Shown: positions 26,561-34,661 of the stretch, in pieces
How positions within the stretch are numbered: position 1 is the first letter of the stretch
Layout of the letters: the number at the start of each line of letters is the position of its first letter
Origin: a virus
Taxonomy: Duplodnaviria; Caudoviricetes
Strand: one strand, 5' to 3'
IMG/VR virus record: IMGVR_UViG_3300046779_000645
Coordinates: 1-40,870 of that record
Length of the DNA stretch: 40,870 nt
Notes under the pieces: generated by a model
The model's input: the letters and a program-made list of their open reading frames with translations, nothing else
What the model was told of the DNA's origin: nothing
Databases searched by the model: none
Translations under genes and position numbers: made by a program

Positions 26561-26756
26561 AATCTGCAGATTTATCGCCATCTACTATGCGATGCGCCCA
26601 GTTAAGACCAGCGTTCCACCCTTCCCAATACTGCTTGTCTGGGAGACAAGCGGGTGAATCAGGATTCATCATGGCGTAGTCAATCTTGCTATGGAATCTT
26701 TTTAGTATGTGGTTATGCAGTTCATTGAACCTCTTAATAAATTCTTCATCACTCAT
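26559..26756 (-). CDS. Hypothetical protein
   Basis: MSDEEFIKRF...YWEGWNAGLNWAHRIVDGDKSAD; sole leftward gene between the two rightward operons. Confidence 0.65.
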   Translation of the reverse strand: MSDEEFIKRFNELHNHILKRFHSKIDYAMMNPDSPACLPDKQYWEGWNAGLNWAHRIVDGDKSAD

Positions 26757-26835
26757 AGTGACCACGGCTTGCCATCAGGCAAGCCTTTCCCGCCCTCCAC
26801 CCCTCAACCCTATCAGATTATTGGTAATAATGTTT

Positions 26836-26883
26836 GGCGTGTCGTTGCTCGGTTTATCCTGACCGTTTGGTACAATTGTCCGC
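26836..26883 (+). promoter_or_regulatory. Extended -10 promoter for a leaderless transcript, with upstream GACAC box
   Basis: TGG-TACAAT (26868-26876) ends 7 nt before ATG 26884 with no RBS; GGCGTGTCG at 26836-26844. Confidence 0.7.
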
Positions 26884-27078
26884 ATGAATCAACTTCCTCC
26901 TCATCGGTCTTACAGTCAGCTTACCACATGGCAGTCTTGCCCACAGAAATACTTTCTGAGCAAGGTGGCTATGGTTCCTGAGAAGCCAGCAGTCTATCTG
27001 GCTGCAGGGTCTGCAGTCCACAGCATGATTGAGTGGTTGAATCATGAGTTCTACAAGCAACAGCAGGCGAATGATTGA
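26884..27078 (+). CDS. Cas4/RecB-like PD-(D/E)XK exonuclease, N-terminal piece
   Basis: HRSYSQLTTWQSCPQKYFL...AAGSAVHSMIE is the S-x-S...CP...GxxxH N-terminus of the family. Confidence 0.8.
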   Translation: MNQLPPHRSYSQLTTWQSCPQKYFLSKVAMVPEKPAVYLAAGSAVHSMIEWLNHEFYKQQQAND

Positions 27079-27289
27079 CCAACGTGGTATACCCAGTAAT
27101 GAGTGTATCAATTGCGGTAGCAATGTCCAAGTAGTACGTGCTATATTTCAGGACTACGAACTTGTTATGTGGTTTACCGATAGCTTCTGCGGTACTTGTG
27201 GTTCTCCTATGACAACCCCAACACCAGTGGACCACCCAGAGTATGTGAAGCCACACTATCCAGAGGAAGAAGACGATGAGTTTAACTGA
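27071..27289 (+). CDS. Small zinc-ribbon protein lying between the two nuclease halves
   Basis: CINCGS...CGTCGS (two CxxC); overlaps both flanking ORFs; ATG 27071. Confidence 0.75.
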   Translation: MIDQRGIPSNECINCGSNVQVVRAIFQDYELVMWFTDSFCGTCGSPMTTPTPVDHPEYVKPHYPEEEDDEFN

Positions 27290-27944
27290 GAAGTGGCTAG
27301 AAGTATTTAATGATGAAGTAAAATCCATAGAGGAACAATCAGGTATTCCATCGACGGAGTGGAAGACGGCTGGTCGCAAGACCGCTGCTCGACCAGATGG
27401 AGAAGACTTATCGTTCTGGCAAAGCGATGGGCTCAAGCAGGTTGAGTCGTACCAGAAATGGTACGAGCAGTCTGGTTGGAAAATTGCCACAATGCCTGAC
27501 GGTCGTCCTGGAATCGAGTGGTCGGCAGATGTACATTTCGGAGGTACACCTGTTCGATTTATTGTAGATGCCATCTATCAAGTAGGGGAAGACTTGGTAA
27601 TCGTGGACTACAAGACTGGTTCCAGGACACCGTTCGGTGTAATCCAGAATGGCTTATATGCCAGCGGTATTGAAAAGATTTTTGGAATCCGCCCTAAGTG
27701 GGGCGCATTCTTTATGACTCGCAAAGGCGAGCTTGATGATTTGGTCGACCTATCCCACCTCAGTATAGATTACTACGAGCATGCATTTGCTTCTATGAAT
27801 CATGGTGTACTCAACGGTTGGTTCCCAACATTTGTTGGAGAAAACTGTAGGATGTGTAGCTACATGGACAAGTGTCCAGCATGGGGCTCAAAAGATTTCC
27901 CATTACAAATACCAACAACAGGGAAAGAAAAGGAGAGAAAGTAG
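27276..27944 (+). CDS. Cas4/RecB-like PD-(D/E)XK exonuclease, C-terminal catalytic piece
   Basis: IE..., IVDAI, IVDYKTG, QNGLYA and CRMCSYMDKC (three C-terminal Cys). Confidence 0.85.
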   Translation: MSLTEKWLEVFNDEVKSIEEQSGIPSTEWKTAGRKTAARPDGEDLSFWQSDGLKQVESYQKWYEQSGWKIATMPDGRPGIEWSADVHFGGTPVRFIVDAIYQVGEDLVIVDYKTGSRTPFGVIQNGLYASGIEKIFGIRPKWGAFFMTRKGELDDLVDLSHLSIDYYEHAFASMNHGVLNGWFPTFVGENCRMCSYMDKCPAWGSKDFPLQIPTTGKEKERK

Positions 27945-28421
27945 ATGACTGAATCTATGTTCTCGTATACAGGTAAGTTGAATTCAACTGACCTATTCAC
28001 CGTCCGAGGTAATAGTGTTAGTGAATTCAAAGCTAACCTAACCGCAGCAGTCGAAGCAATCGCTGAGGCTGTGCAACTACAAGCATCACTGACTGGTCGC
28101 GCATCTGCACCATCAGGTAATGCATACACACCTAACGCTGAGCAAGCAATCCAGATGTTGCAGGATGCGGGTCTTAACCCACAGCCTGTAGTCGCTGGCA
28201 CAACCCCACAATCAATTGAGGTTGTCAAAGATAAGTACGGTAACGAATGGACATATGGACATCCAGATGCTCCAGACCTACCAGACGGACGTGGCAAGTA
28301 CGCCAAGAAGAAGGGCGTATCAAAAGCAGGCAAGGCTTATGTTGGTTGGTTTGACCCAGCCAAGGGACCGAAGCCGTTCAAGCCAGGTGTTACTGAAGCC
28401 GAAACTATTTGGGCTAAGTAA
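27945..28421 (+). CDS. Hypothetical replication/recombination-region protein
   Basis: 158 aa, AAGGAG RBS, KKGVSKAGKAYVGWF; between exonuclease and helicase; possible ssDNA-binding role is speculative. Confidence 0.6.
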   Translation: MTESMFSYTGKLNSTDLFTVRGNSVSEFKANLTAAVEAIAEAVQLQASLTGRASAPSGNAYTPNAEQAIQMLQDAGLNPQPVVAGTTPQSIEVVKDKYGNEWTYGHPDAPDLPDGRGKYAKKKGVSKAGKAYVGWFDPAKGPKPFKPGVTEAETIWAK

Positions 28422-28423
28422 TC

Positions 28424-29257
28424 ATGCGTAGCCTATTGCAAGTAGTGGGTGTCGAATCACCAGCTGGTATTCAGTTACCAGAAATCCTACCTCAACTCAC
28501 CGCCAGTCAAGTTACTTTCCGTCAAGCGCAATTGCATTTGATTGCAGGTCAACCAGGCGGAGGAAAGACACTACTTGCATTATGGTACGCGATTACATCT
28601 AAGGTTCCATCGCTCTACATATCAGCAGACTCTGACTCCAGAACAATTGCAACTCGTGCAGGTGCAATCATTATGGATAAGGAAGTCGCTAACGTAGAGA
28701 AGTTGATGGATACAGATGCGAGTGTTCTCCTTGAGGATGCTCTTGCTGACGGCGCGAGTCATGTGCGATTCGCCTTCGACCCAGCACCTTCTCTTCAAGA
28801 TATTGAAGAGGAGATAGAAGCGTGGATTGAATTGCATGGCTCCGCCCCAGCAGCAGTATATGTAGATAACTTAATGAACGTCGCTGCAGCCAGCGACAAT
28901 GAGTGGACTGCATTGCGTGATGCAATGTCAGCATTCCACTACATGGCACGTGAGTATGAGTCAGCATTTATTGTGTTGCACCACGTGTCCGAGAACGAAC
29001 GTATGTCTAAGCCAAACTATCCAGCGCCACGCAAAGCGTTGATGGGTAAGGTTGCTGCTCTACCTGAATTGGTATTGAGCGTAGCGTTAGACAGTGGGGC
29101 AAACGCTTATCGCGTTGCCGTTGTAAAGAACCGCCATGGTAAGGCTGACCCTAATGCAGAGGAGTATGTAACACTGGCAGCAGAAGCTAGCAAGATGGCT
29201 CTCTATAATTCCTCAGCGGAACTGTTCCGTCAAAGGACATTAAGTCAGTGGCAGTAG
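28424..29257 (+). CDS. DnaB-like (RecA-fold) helicase/ATPase
   Basis: Walker A AGQPGGGKT, Walker B VYVDNL, VLHH, VKNRHG arginine finger; no N-terminal DnaB domain. Confidence 0.82.
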   Translation: MRSLLQVVGVESPAGIQLPEILPQLTASQVTFRQAQLHLIAGQPGGGKTLLALWYAITSKVPSLYISADSDSRTIATRAGAIIMDKEVANVEKLMDTDASVLLEDALADGASHVRFAFDPAPSLQDIEEEIEAWIELHGSAPAAVYVDNLMNVAAASDNEWTALRDAMSAFHYMAREYESAFIVLHHVSENERMSKPNYPAPRKALMGKVAALPELVLSVALDSGANAYRVAVVKNRHGKADPNAEEYVTLAAEASKMALYNSSAELFRQRTLSQWQ

Positions 29258-29637
29258 GTAACTCAGACTTCGATTTAGATTTTAGTTACGGTCATGAAGG
29301 TGAGCAGTTAGTAGAGCAGTTACTTACTAATGGCAAGACAGTAGAAGTTAAACGCGACCGTAAGTGGCATTCAACTGGCAACGTGTATGTAGAAGTTGAA
29401 TGTTGGTATAGACGTAGCGAATCATGGGAACCATCGGGTGTGATGGTAAGCAAGGCAGACTACTGGGCGTTCGTATTAGAACATGCGGTACTTATGATTC
29501 CAACTGGGCATGTGTTACATGCCATTCGTACATACGGCAGAGAGATTACTTGTGAGATTCCGCCCAATAGAAGTAAGGGCTACTTAATTACTGTAGATGA
29601 TTTAATGAAAGCGACAAAGGAACTAATGCATGTATAA
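29248..29637 (+). CDS. PD-(D/E)XK-like nuclease-fold protein
   Basis: GEQLV...TVEVKRD...TGNVYVE...SKADYWAF. Confidence 0.6.
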   Translation: MAVGNSDFDLDFSYGHEGEQLVEQLLTNGKTVEVKRDRKWHSTGNVYVEVECWYRRSESWEPSGVMVSKADYWAFVLEHAVLMIPTGHVLHAIRTYGREITCEIPPNRSKGYLITVDDLMKATKELMHV

Positions 29638-29779
29638 GATATACGGTGCGTACATAAAGTATAAGGTGATGAGAAAGCTTGGCGTTTCAAGGAGAAAGTC
29701 CTTGCGACATATTGTAATTACCGACCGAGTTACGCTAGATTATTGGAAGAAAGTGTACAGTCAAATTACTAAACCATAA
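29630..29779 (+). CDS. Small basic hypothetical protein (49 aa, not in ORF track)
   Basis: AAGGA RBS; fills the gap before whiB; MYKIYGAYIKYKVMRKLGVSRRK... Confidence 0.5.
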   Translation: MYKIYGAYIKYKVMRKLGVSRRKSLRHIVITDRVTLDYWKKVYSQITKP

Positions 29780-29789
29780 GGAGTAGCTT

Positions 29790-30059
29790 ATGAATATGCC
29801 AGACTTATCCAAAGGTCTTTGTCGGGAAGTTGGTACAGAATTTTTTTACCCAGATTCTGAGAACGATAGCGACACATCTATATATGCTTTTGGCAAGAAG
29901 ATTTGTTCTGGCTGTGAAGTAAAGCAAGCTTGCCTTGATTGGGCTGTAAGACATGAAGGTTATGGTTTATGGGGTGGCACTACCCCACGTGATAGAATGG
30001 CTATCCGTCGGACTCTCAACATAAAGCTAGAGTCTATTATCCCAGGAGAGTATGCATGA
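29790..30059 (+). CDS. whiB: WhiB-family Fe-S transcription factor
   Basis: C...FFYP...ICSGCEVKQACLDWA...GLWGGTTPRDR: four Cys plus G(L/V)WGG turn. Confidence 0.93.
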   Translation: MNMPDLSKGLCREVGTEFFYPDSENDSDTSIYAFGKKICSGCEVKQACLDWAVRHEGYGLWGGTTPRDRMAIRRTLNIKLESIIPGEYA

Positions 30060-30190
30060 CAAGTAAAACATTTAAGTTCAAATTTACAATTGCGTATGGA
30101 AAGATATCTGGTTTTGGTTTGGGAATTAATATCAGTAAGTGGTGGACAACTATTGACCTTGGCTTCTGGTATATCGGAATCGAATACTAA
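30056..30190 (+). CDS. Small hydrophobic protein (44 aa, not in ORF track)
   Basis: ATGA and TAATG coupling at both ends; ...GFGLGINISKWWTTIDLGFWYIGIEY*. Confidence 0.6.
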   Translation: MTSKTFKFKFTIAYGKISGFGLGINISKWWTTIDLGFWYIGIEY

Positions 30191-30543
30191 TGACAACACC
30201 AGCGAAACGTAAGGGTTCCCAGTGGGAACGCGATACGGTTAAGTGGCTTATCGCCAATGGATTCCCATGTGCTGAACGTGCGTATGGTGCGGGCAGACAC
30301 GATGATGTCGGTGACATCGACGGTATCAATGGCGTTGTCATTGAATGCAAGAACGAGAAAGCAATTAGAATTCCTCAGTACCTTCGGGAACTTGAGGATG
30401 AAATAACACATGCCGATGCAGAGACAGGTGTAGTGTTAGTTAAGAAGCGTGGCACTTCTAATGTTTCAGAGGCGTATGCCATTATGACAGCCGACCTCTG
30501 GATAAATCTGCTTAAACAGGCAGGTTACAATGGACATCAGTGA
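30190..30543 (+). CDS. Holliday junction resolvase (Hjc-like PD-(D/E)XK)
   Basis: KRKGSQWERD...DVGDIDG...VIECKN. Confidence 0.78.
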   Translation: MTTPAKRKGSQWERDTVKWLIANGFPCAERAYGAGRHDDVGDIDGINGVVIECKNEKAIRIPQYLRELEDEITHADAETGVVLVKKRGTSNVSEAYAIMTADLWINLLKQAGYNGHQ

Positions 30544-30581
30544 GACAGTGACAGTGACTCACAAAATGAAAAGAGGTAACT

Positions 30582-30959
30582 ATGCGGTTAATGTTAACGA
30601 TGAGCCTGGCAATGGCGATGGTGCTTGCATCACCAGCCGAAGCCAAGTCACCATTACTTACACAAGAAGTTCTTATGTCCAAGATGGACAAGGAACAGAA
30701 GGTGGAGTATGCGATAGCTCAGTTCGTAACCGACAGCAAGGAACGACTATGCGCCAAGCGCATAGCCTACAAGGAGAGCCGATACAACGAGGACTCACTC
30801 AACAAAAAGAGTGGGGCTCGTGGAACTTGGCAGTTACTGTGGGCTCAACCAAGTTGGTCGTTACTGAAACAAACACAGGAGGCACACGACTATGTGCTTC
30901 ACAGATACGACACTTGGTGCGGAGCGTACAGGTTCCATCAGGAAAGGAATTGGTATTAG
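30582..30959 (+). CDS. Secreted lytic transglycosylase-like (lysozyme-fold) protein
   Basis: Signal peptide ending AEA; KESRYN (catalytic Glu), SGARGTWQ, YVLHRY...C.AY.F....WY; AAGAGG RBS. Confidence 0.72.
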   Translation: MRLMLTMSLAMAMVLASPAEAKSPLLTQEVLMSKMDKEQKVEYAIAQFVTDSKERLCAKRIAYKESRYNEDSLNKKSGARGTWQLLWAQPSWSLLKQTQEAHDYVLHRYDTWCGAYRFHQERNWY

Positions 30960-30962
30960 AAA

Positions 30963-31292
30963 ATGAATCAGTCTGAGTTCCTTGAAGCAGTCTTTAATCA
31001 TTACGGATTGACCTTGCCACTCGGCGGGGAGAAATCAATCTTGTGTCCTGTACATGATGACTCGCGTAAGTCTGCTTCGGTTAACTCAGACAAGGGACTC
31101 TGGGTATGTTATGCGTGTAACGCAAGTGGTTCTGGTATACAGATAATCATGGGTCGTGAAAACTTGACATACCCAGAGGCTCGTTCATGGGCAGAGAAGA
31201 ACATTGGCAAGGAGTCCAAGCAATCTGCACCATCACGCGGACGTAAGAAGTCAAGCGGACGTTGGACTCCACCTAGATTGAGAGTTGGCTGA
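30963..31292 (+). CDS. DNA primase zinc-binding domain (CHC2), stand-alone
   Basis: CPVHDDSRKSASVN...WVCYAC...G. Confidence 0.85.
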   Translation: MNQSEFLEAVFNHYGLTLPLGGEKSILCPVHDDSRKSASVNSDKGLWVCYACNASGSGIQIIMGRENLTYPEARSWAEKNIGKESKQSAPSRGRKKSSGRWTPPRLRVG

Positions 31293-31822
31293 TGACAACT
31301 ATCGTTGGTATCCAACAGGATAACGGCTGCATGATAGTGGCTGACTCACGTACAACTGCGGGGAATAGACCATACTCTCACCCAACAGTTACTAAGATTA
31401 ACAAGCGTGGCAAGTGGCTTATCGCAGGCGCTGGTGACGTGCAACCATGTGATGTAGTGCAGCATGTGTGGAAACCACCAACCATTCCAGCTAACATTAA
31501 AGATGAATATCATTTCATGATTACAACTGTGGCTCCAAGCATTAGAGATTGCATCAAGGAGTCTGGCTATGTGCCAGACAAGGATGATGCCGATGCTGGA
31601 TTTGAATTACTATTGGCTGTTAACGGAACCATCTACCAGATAGATGACTCTTACTCTGTATACCTACGTGACGATGGGCTATATGGGATAGGGTCTGGTT
31701 CATCGTGGGCATTGGGCGCACTAGCAGTAGGTGCAACTTGGAAGCAAGCAATGCAGACGGCAGCAAAGAATGACGTGTATACTGCTCCCCCATTCATAGT
31801 ACATAGGCAGGAAAAGAAATGA
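31292..31822 (+). CDS. HslV/proteasome-beta-like Ntn threonine protease
   Basis: M-TTIVG (N-terminal Thr), ADSR, TKI, AGAGD, IGSGS. Confidence 0.8.
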   Translation: MTTIVGIQQDNGCMIVADSRTTAGNRPYSHPTVTKINKRGKWLIAGAGDVQPCDVVQHVWKPPTIPANIKDEYHFMITTVAPSIRDCIKESGYVPDKDDADAGFELLLAVNGTIYQIDDSYSVYLRDDGLYGIGSGSSWALGALAVGATWKQAMQTAAKNDVYTAPPFIVHRQEKK

Positions 31823-32466
31823 GAACAAACCCCAAGCTCATTGAACTTTGGACACGAGCAGCAAAGACTTATCACGAATCATTGGCTGGTTCACCAGCCG
31901 AGGCATACCTTGAGAAGCGTGGCATCTTAGATGGCGCTGAAAGATTTCAACTTGGCTACGTAACAGAGCCAGTTGCTGGTCATGAAGACAGACTCAAGCA
32001 CCACCTATCCATCCCCTATATAACAGAGGCTGGTGTAGTTGGGTTTAAGTTTCGTCGCATTGACGATGGTGACCCCAAGTACATGATACCTACAGGACAG
32101 AAGCACCATCTGTATAACGTAGGTGCGATACTACATGCAGTAAGAGAGGTGTTAATAGTTGAAGGAGAAATTGATGCGATATCTGCAACCCTTGCTGGTC
32201 ATCCTGCTGTCGCTGTTGCTGGCGTTAACGCTTGGAAGCCTTATTTCTCACGTTGTTTTGATGGTATAGGTAGAGTAATCATTGCTACTGACAATGATGT
32301 TAAAGAAGATGGGTCTAACCCAGGGCAGGACTTAGCCCGACGATTGCAAGATGCAATCCCTCAAGCAATCCGCGTGTCGCTACCGCCTGATAGCGACATC
32401 AATAGTATAATTGTGCGCCAAGGAGCTCAAGCTTTAACCGATTTGATTAAAGCACTAGACGATTAG
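31819..32466 (+). CDS. DNA primase catalytic TOPRIM domain
   Basis: YLEKRGI, IPY, FKFR, PKY, IVEGEIDAIS, TDND...G. Confidence 0.88.
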   Translation: MRTNPKLIELWTRAAKTYHESLAGSPAEAYLEKRGILDGAERFQLGYVTEPVAGHEDRLKHHLSIPYITEAGVVGFKFRRIDDGDPKYMIPTGQKHHLYNVGAILHAVREVLIVEGEIDAISATLAGHPAVAVAGVNAWKPYFSRCFDGIGRVIIATDNDVKEDGSNPGQDLARRLQDAIPQAIRVSLPPDSDINSIIVRQGAQALTDLIKALDD

Positions 32467-32477
32467 AAGGGGCTGCC

Positions 32478-32792
32478 TTGGCTGAAGACACAACCATCCT
32501 TGAATTTGAAGAGGATGCTCAAAAAATATACGACGAGTTGCTTGCTATCTTGGTAAAGAAGCAACTTGATTATGGTCCATACAACATCTGGCATGCGCCA
32601 GGTGGCGCAACCAATGGGCTGATGGTTCGTATGTCAGACAAGCTAGAACGTTTGAAGAATCTGATATACAAGAATAGAGAGCCGAACAATGAATCTCTTG
32701 AAGATTCATTTGTTGACATGGCTAACTATGCAATCATCGCACTAATGGTGCAGCGTGGAGTGTGGGCTAAGTATGCCGAGAAACAGAAATAA
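32478..32792 (+). CDS. Nucleotide modification-associated domain 1 (DUF1599-like) protein
   Basis: KKQLDYG, VRMSDKLERL, ESLEDSFVDMANYAII; TTG start. Confidence 0.72.
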   Translation: MAEDTTILEFEEDAQKIYDELLAILVKKQLDYGPYNIWHAPGGATNGLMVRMSDKLERLKNLIYKNREPNNESLEDSFVDMANYAIIALMVQRGVWAKYAEKQK

Positions 32793-33060
32793 AACTTACG
32801 AAGAGCAACGCATCTCTCGCATTCGGTCTTACGGTATTAGTGTCGAAGAGTACGACCGCATGTTCGCCGAGCAGAATGGTGGTTGTTACATTTGTGGGGA
32901 AGCTCCCACCACGAGAGCGCTTGACATCGACCATTGTCATACGTCTGGCAAGGTACGAGGACTTCTTTGCAGTAACCATAATCGCGCCCTTGGTTTATTA
33001 GGTGATGACCCTGACTTGTTACTCAAGTCTATTGAATACTTGGTGAAGAACCATGGTTGA
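32773..33060 (+). CDS. Endonuclease VII-like (HNH) protein
   Basis: YGISVEEY...QNGGCYIC...LDIDHCHTSGKVRGLLCSNHNRALG. Confidence 0.85.
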   Translation: MPRNRNKTYEEQRISRIRSYGISVEEYDRMFAEQNGGCYICGEAPTTRALDIDHCHTSGKVRGLLCSNHNRALGLLGDDPDLLLKSIEYLVKNHG

Positions 33061-33694
33061 ACTAACACGCGACCATGAGATATGGATACAAGTAGATGAG
33101 ATAACTTCTATCATCGCCTATAACTTATCCAAGAAGTACCATCGGTTTGCTGAACGTGATGATATCAAGCAGGCAATGAATGAGTATGCATGGAAGCGCA
33201 AAGATAAAGTCAACGAGTACCTCATGCGTGAAGATGATATCGAACGGAAGATGGGATACAAAGCTTTCACTACGTTCATGCGTAGAGCAGGCGAGCGGTA
33301 CGCTCGCAAGGAAAAGGCTAAGGCTTTAGGGTTTGAGCTTGGCGATGAATACTTCTATCGTATTGAGATGGTTGAGAACCTGATTAAAGTTCTTGGCTCG
33401 GAAGATTCCCACTTGGTTAACCAAGTAATGGACCCAGATATGCATGGTGTTCAGGCTAAGCGACAGGTAAGTGAAGGCAATAACTTGCTAGCTTTGCTAG
33501 CAGATGTAGACAAGGCGATGAAAAGATTAGACCCACGTACACAGGGGATACTTAACAGTCGCTTCGCTCAAGACCTACCGCTTACGGAGATAGCAACCGC
33601 TTGGGATATATCTCCGCAACGAGTAGAACAGATAGCCACACGTGGCGTGAAAGATATTATCGAACTGCTCGGAGGTGCTACACCTTATGCCTAA
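33053..33694 (+). CDS. Sigma-70/ECF-like transcription factor with region-4 HTH
   Basis: Region 2-like ERDDIKQA; C-terminal MKRLDPRTQGILNSRF...LTEIATAWDISPQRVEQI. Confidence 0.7.
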   Translation: MVELTRDHEIWIQVDEITSIIAYNLSKKYHRFAERDDIKQAMNEYAWKRKDKVNEYLMREDDIERKMGYKAFTTFMRRAGERYARKEKAKALGFELGDEYFYRIEMVENLIKVLGSEDSHLVNQVMDPDMHGVQAKRQVSEGNNLLALLADVDKAMKRLDPRTQGILNSRFAQDLPLTEIATAWDISPQRVEQIATRGVKDIIELLGGATPYA

Positions 33695-33866
33695 CTATAA
33701 CTTTGTCTGTCGCATGTGCGACAGAGAGTATGAACTCTATGTTGGTTATGACCAAGATGAGTTTCCTAAATGCGAAGACTGCAGCATTACATTAAGCAAG
33801 GTGTTCACCCCACCTGCAATCCATTTCAAGGGTGGCGGATGGGGAGGAAGTCATGGCGGACAATAA
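33687..33866 (+). CDS. FmdB-like zinc-ribbon protein
   Basis: MPNYNFVCRMC...CEDC...KVFTPPAIHFKGGGW; GGAGG RBS. Confidence 0.78.
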   Translation: MPNYNFVCRMCDREYELYVGYDQDEFPKCEDCSITLSKVFTPPAIHFKGGGWGGSHGGQ

Positions 33867-34623
33867 GCGTGAGCTAGTTGAGAAGATGAAAGCTAAGACT
33901 AGCGGAAGCAACAATCAAATCATGCTGACTTGGTGTGACAACGGCACAGTCGATGGCAAGTTCATGGAAGGTGTGGTGTATTCGCTATTAACTGCGGGTC
34001 TACCGATTACATCAGCGCAACGTGTGCAAGGTAATCAGATAGGTAGGCAGCGGGATACTGCGTTTGATACGTGGCATAAGAAGACAGACTTTGATTGGAT
34101 ACTATGGGTAGATAGTGACATCGTTCTAACGAACGAGTCGCTTAAGAAAGTATGGGATTCAGCTGACCCAGTAAAGCGACCAGTTGTATCTGGTACTTAC
34201 TTCATTAGTAAGCAGATGGAATCATCCATCATGCAACCATATCCTGCGCTATTCACAGCCCACGACAGCGGAGATAAGTATGTGATGACATACGTACATC
34301 CACTACCACACGACCAGCTAATCCCTATTGACTACGCTGGGTTTGGATTCTTACTGATGCATCGCAACGCAGCAAATAAGATACGAGAATTCCATGGTGA
34401 TAAAGCTTTGTTCATCGAGACAGATGGTGGTGGTAACGATGGCAGAGATAGATTTATTGGTGAGGATATCCAGTTCTTCATGAACATGAAGGAGGCTGGT
34501 GTCCCACTGTATGGTCACACTGGGGCAACGGTGAAACATATGAAACGATTTGCTTACGACGAAGAGTTCTACAAACTCTATTGGATTACGATGATGAATA
34601 GCGTGAAGGCGCAGGAGAAATAA
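33853..34623 (+). CDS. GT-A fold glycosyltransferase
   Basis: WILWVDSDI (DxD), AGFGFLLMHR, GEDIQFF, VKH. Confidence 0.8.
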   Translation: MADNKRELVEKMKAKTSGSNNQIMLTWCDNGTVDGKFMEGVVYSLLTAGLPITSAQRVQGNQIGRQRDTAFDTWHKKTDFDWILWVDSDIVLTNESLKKVWDSADPVKRPVVSGTYFISKQMESSIMQPYPALFTAHDSGDKYVMTYVHPLPHDQLIPIDYAGFGFLLMHRNAANKIREFHGDKALFIETDGGGNDGRDRFIGEDIQFFMNMKEAGVPLYGHTGATVKHMKRFAYDEEFYKLYWITMMNSVKAQEK

Positions 34624-34661
34624 AAAAAGGCGGGGGTGTGAGCCCCCGCCTTTCTTCTTTT
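34622..34661. terminator. Bidirectional intrinsic terminator at the convergence of the two arms
   Basis: AAAAAAAGGCGGGGG-TGTGAG-CCCCCGCCTTTCTTCTTTT. Confidence 0.9.

Noticed and set aside
26766-26800. Hammerhead ribozyme on the minus strand (GAAA ... CTGATG)
   Set aside because: Only 7 nt separate the two core-like segments, too few for the required stems, and CTGATGA is incomplete; a simple hairpin explains it
27079-27275. Group I intron or intein interrupting the Cas4-like gene
   Set aside because: Only ~200 nt, fully occupied by a coupled Zn-ribbon ORF; no intron core or intein terminal residues recognised
30530-30976. 148-aa alternative-frame ORF over the transglycosylase gene
   Set aside because: No recognisable motifs; the nested 30582 ORF has the RBS, signal peptide and catalytic motif
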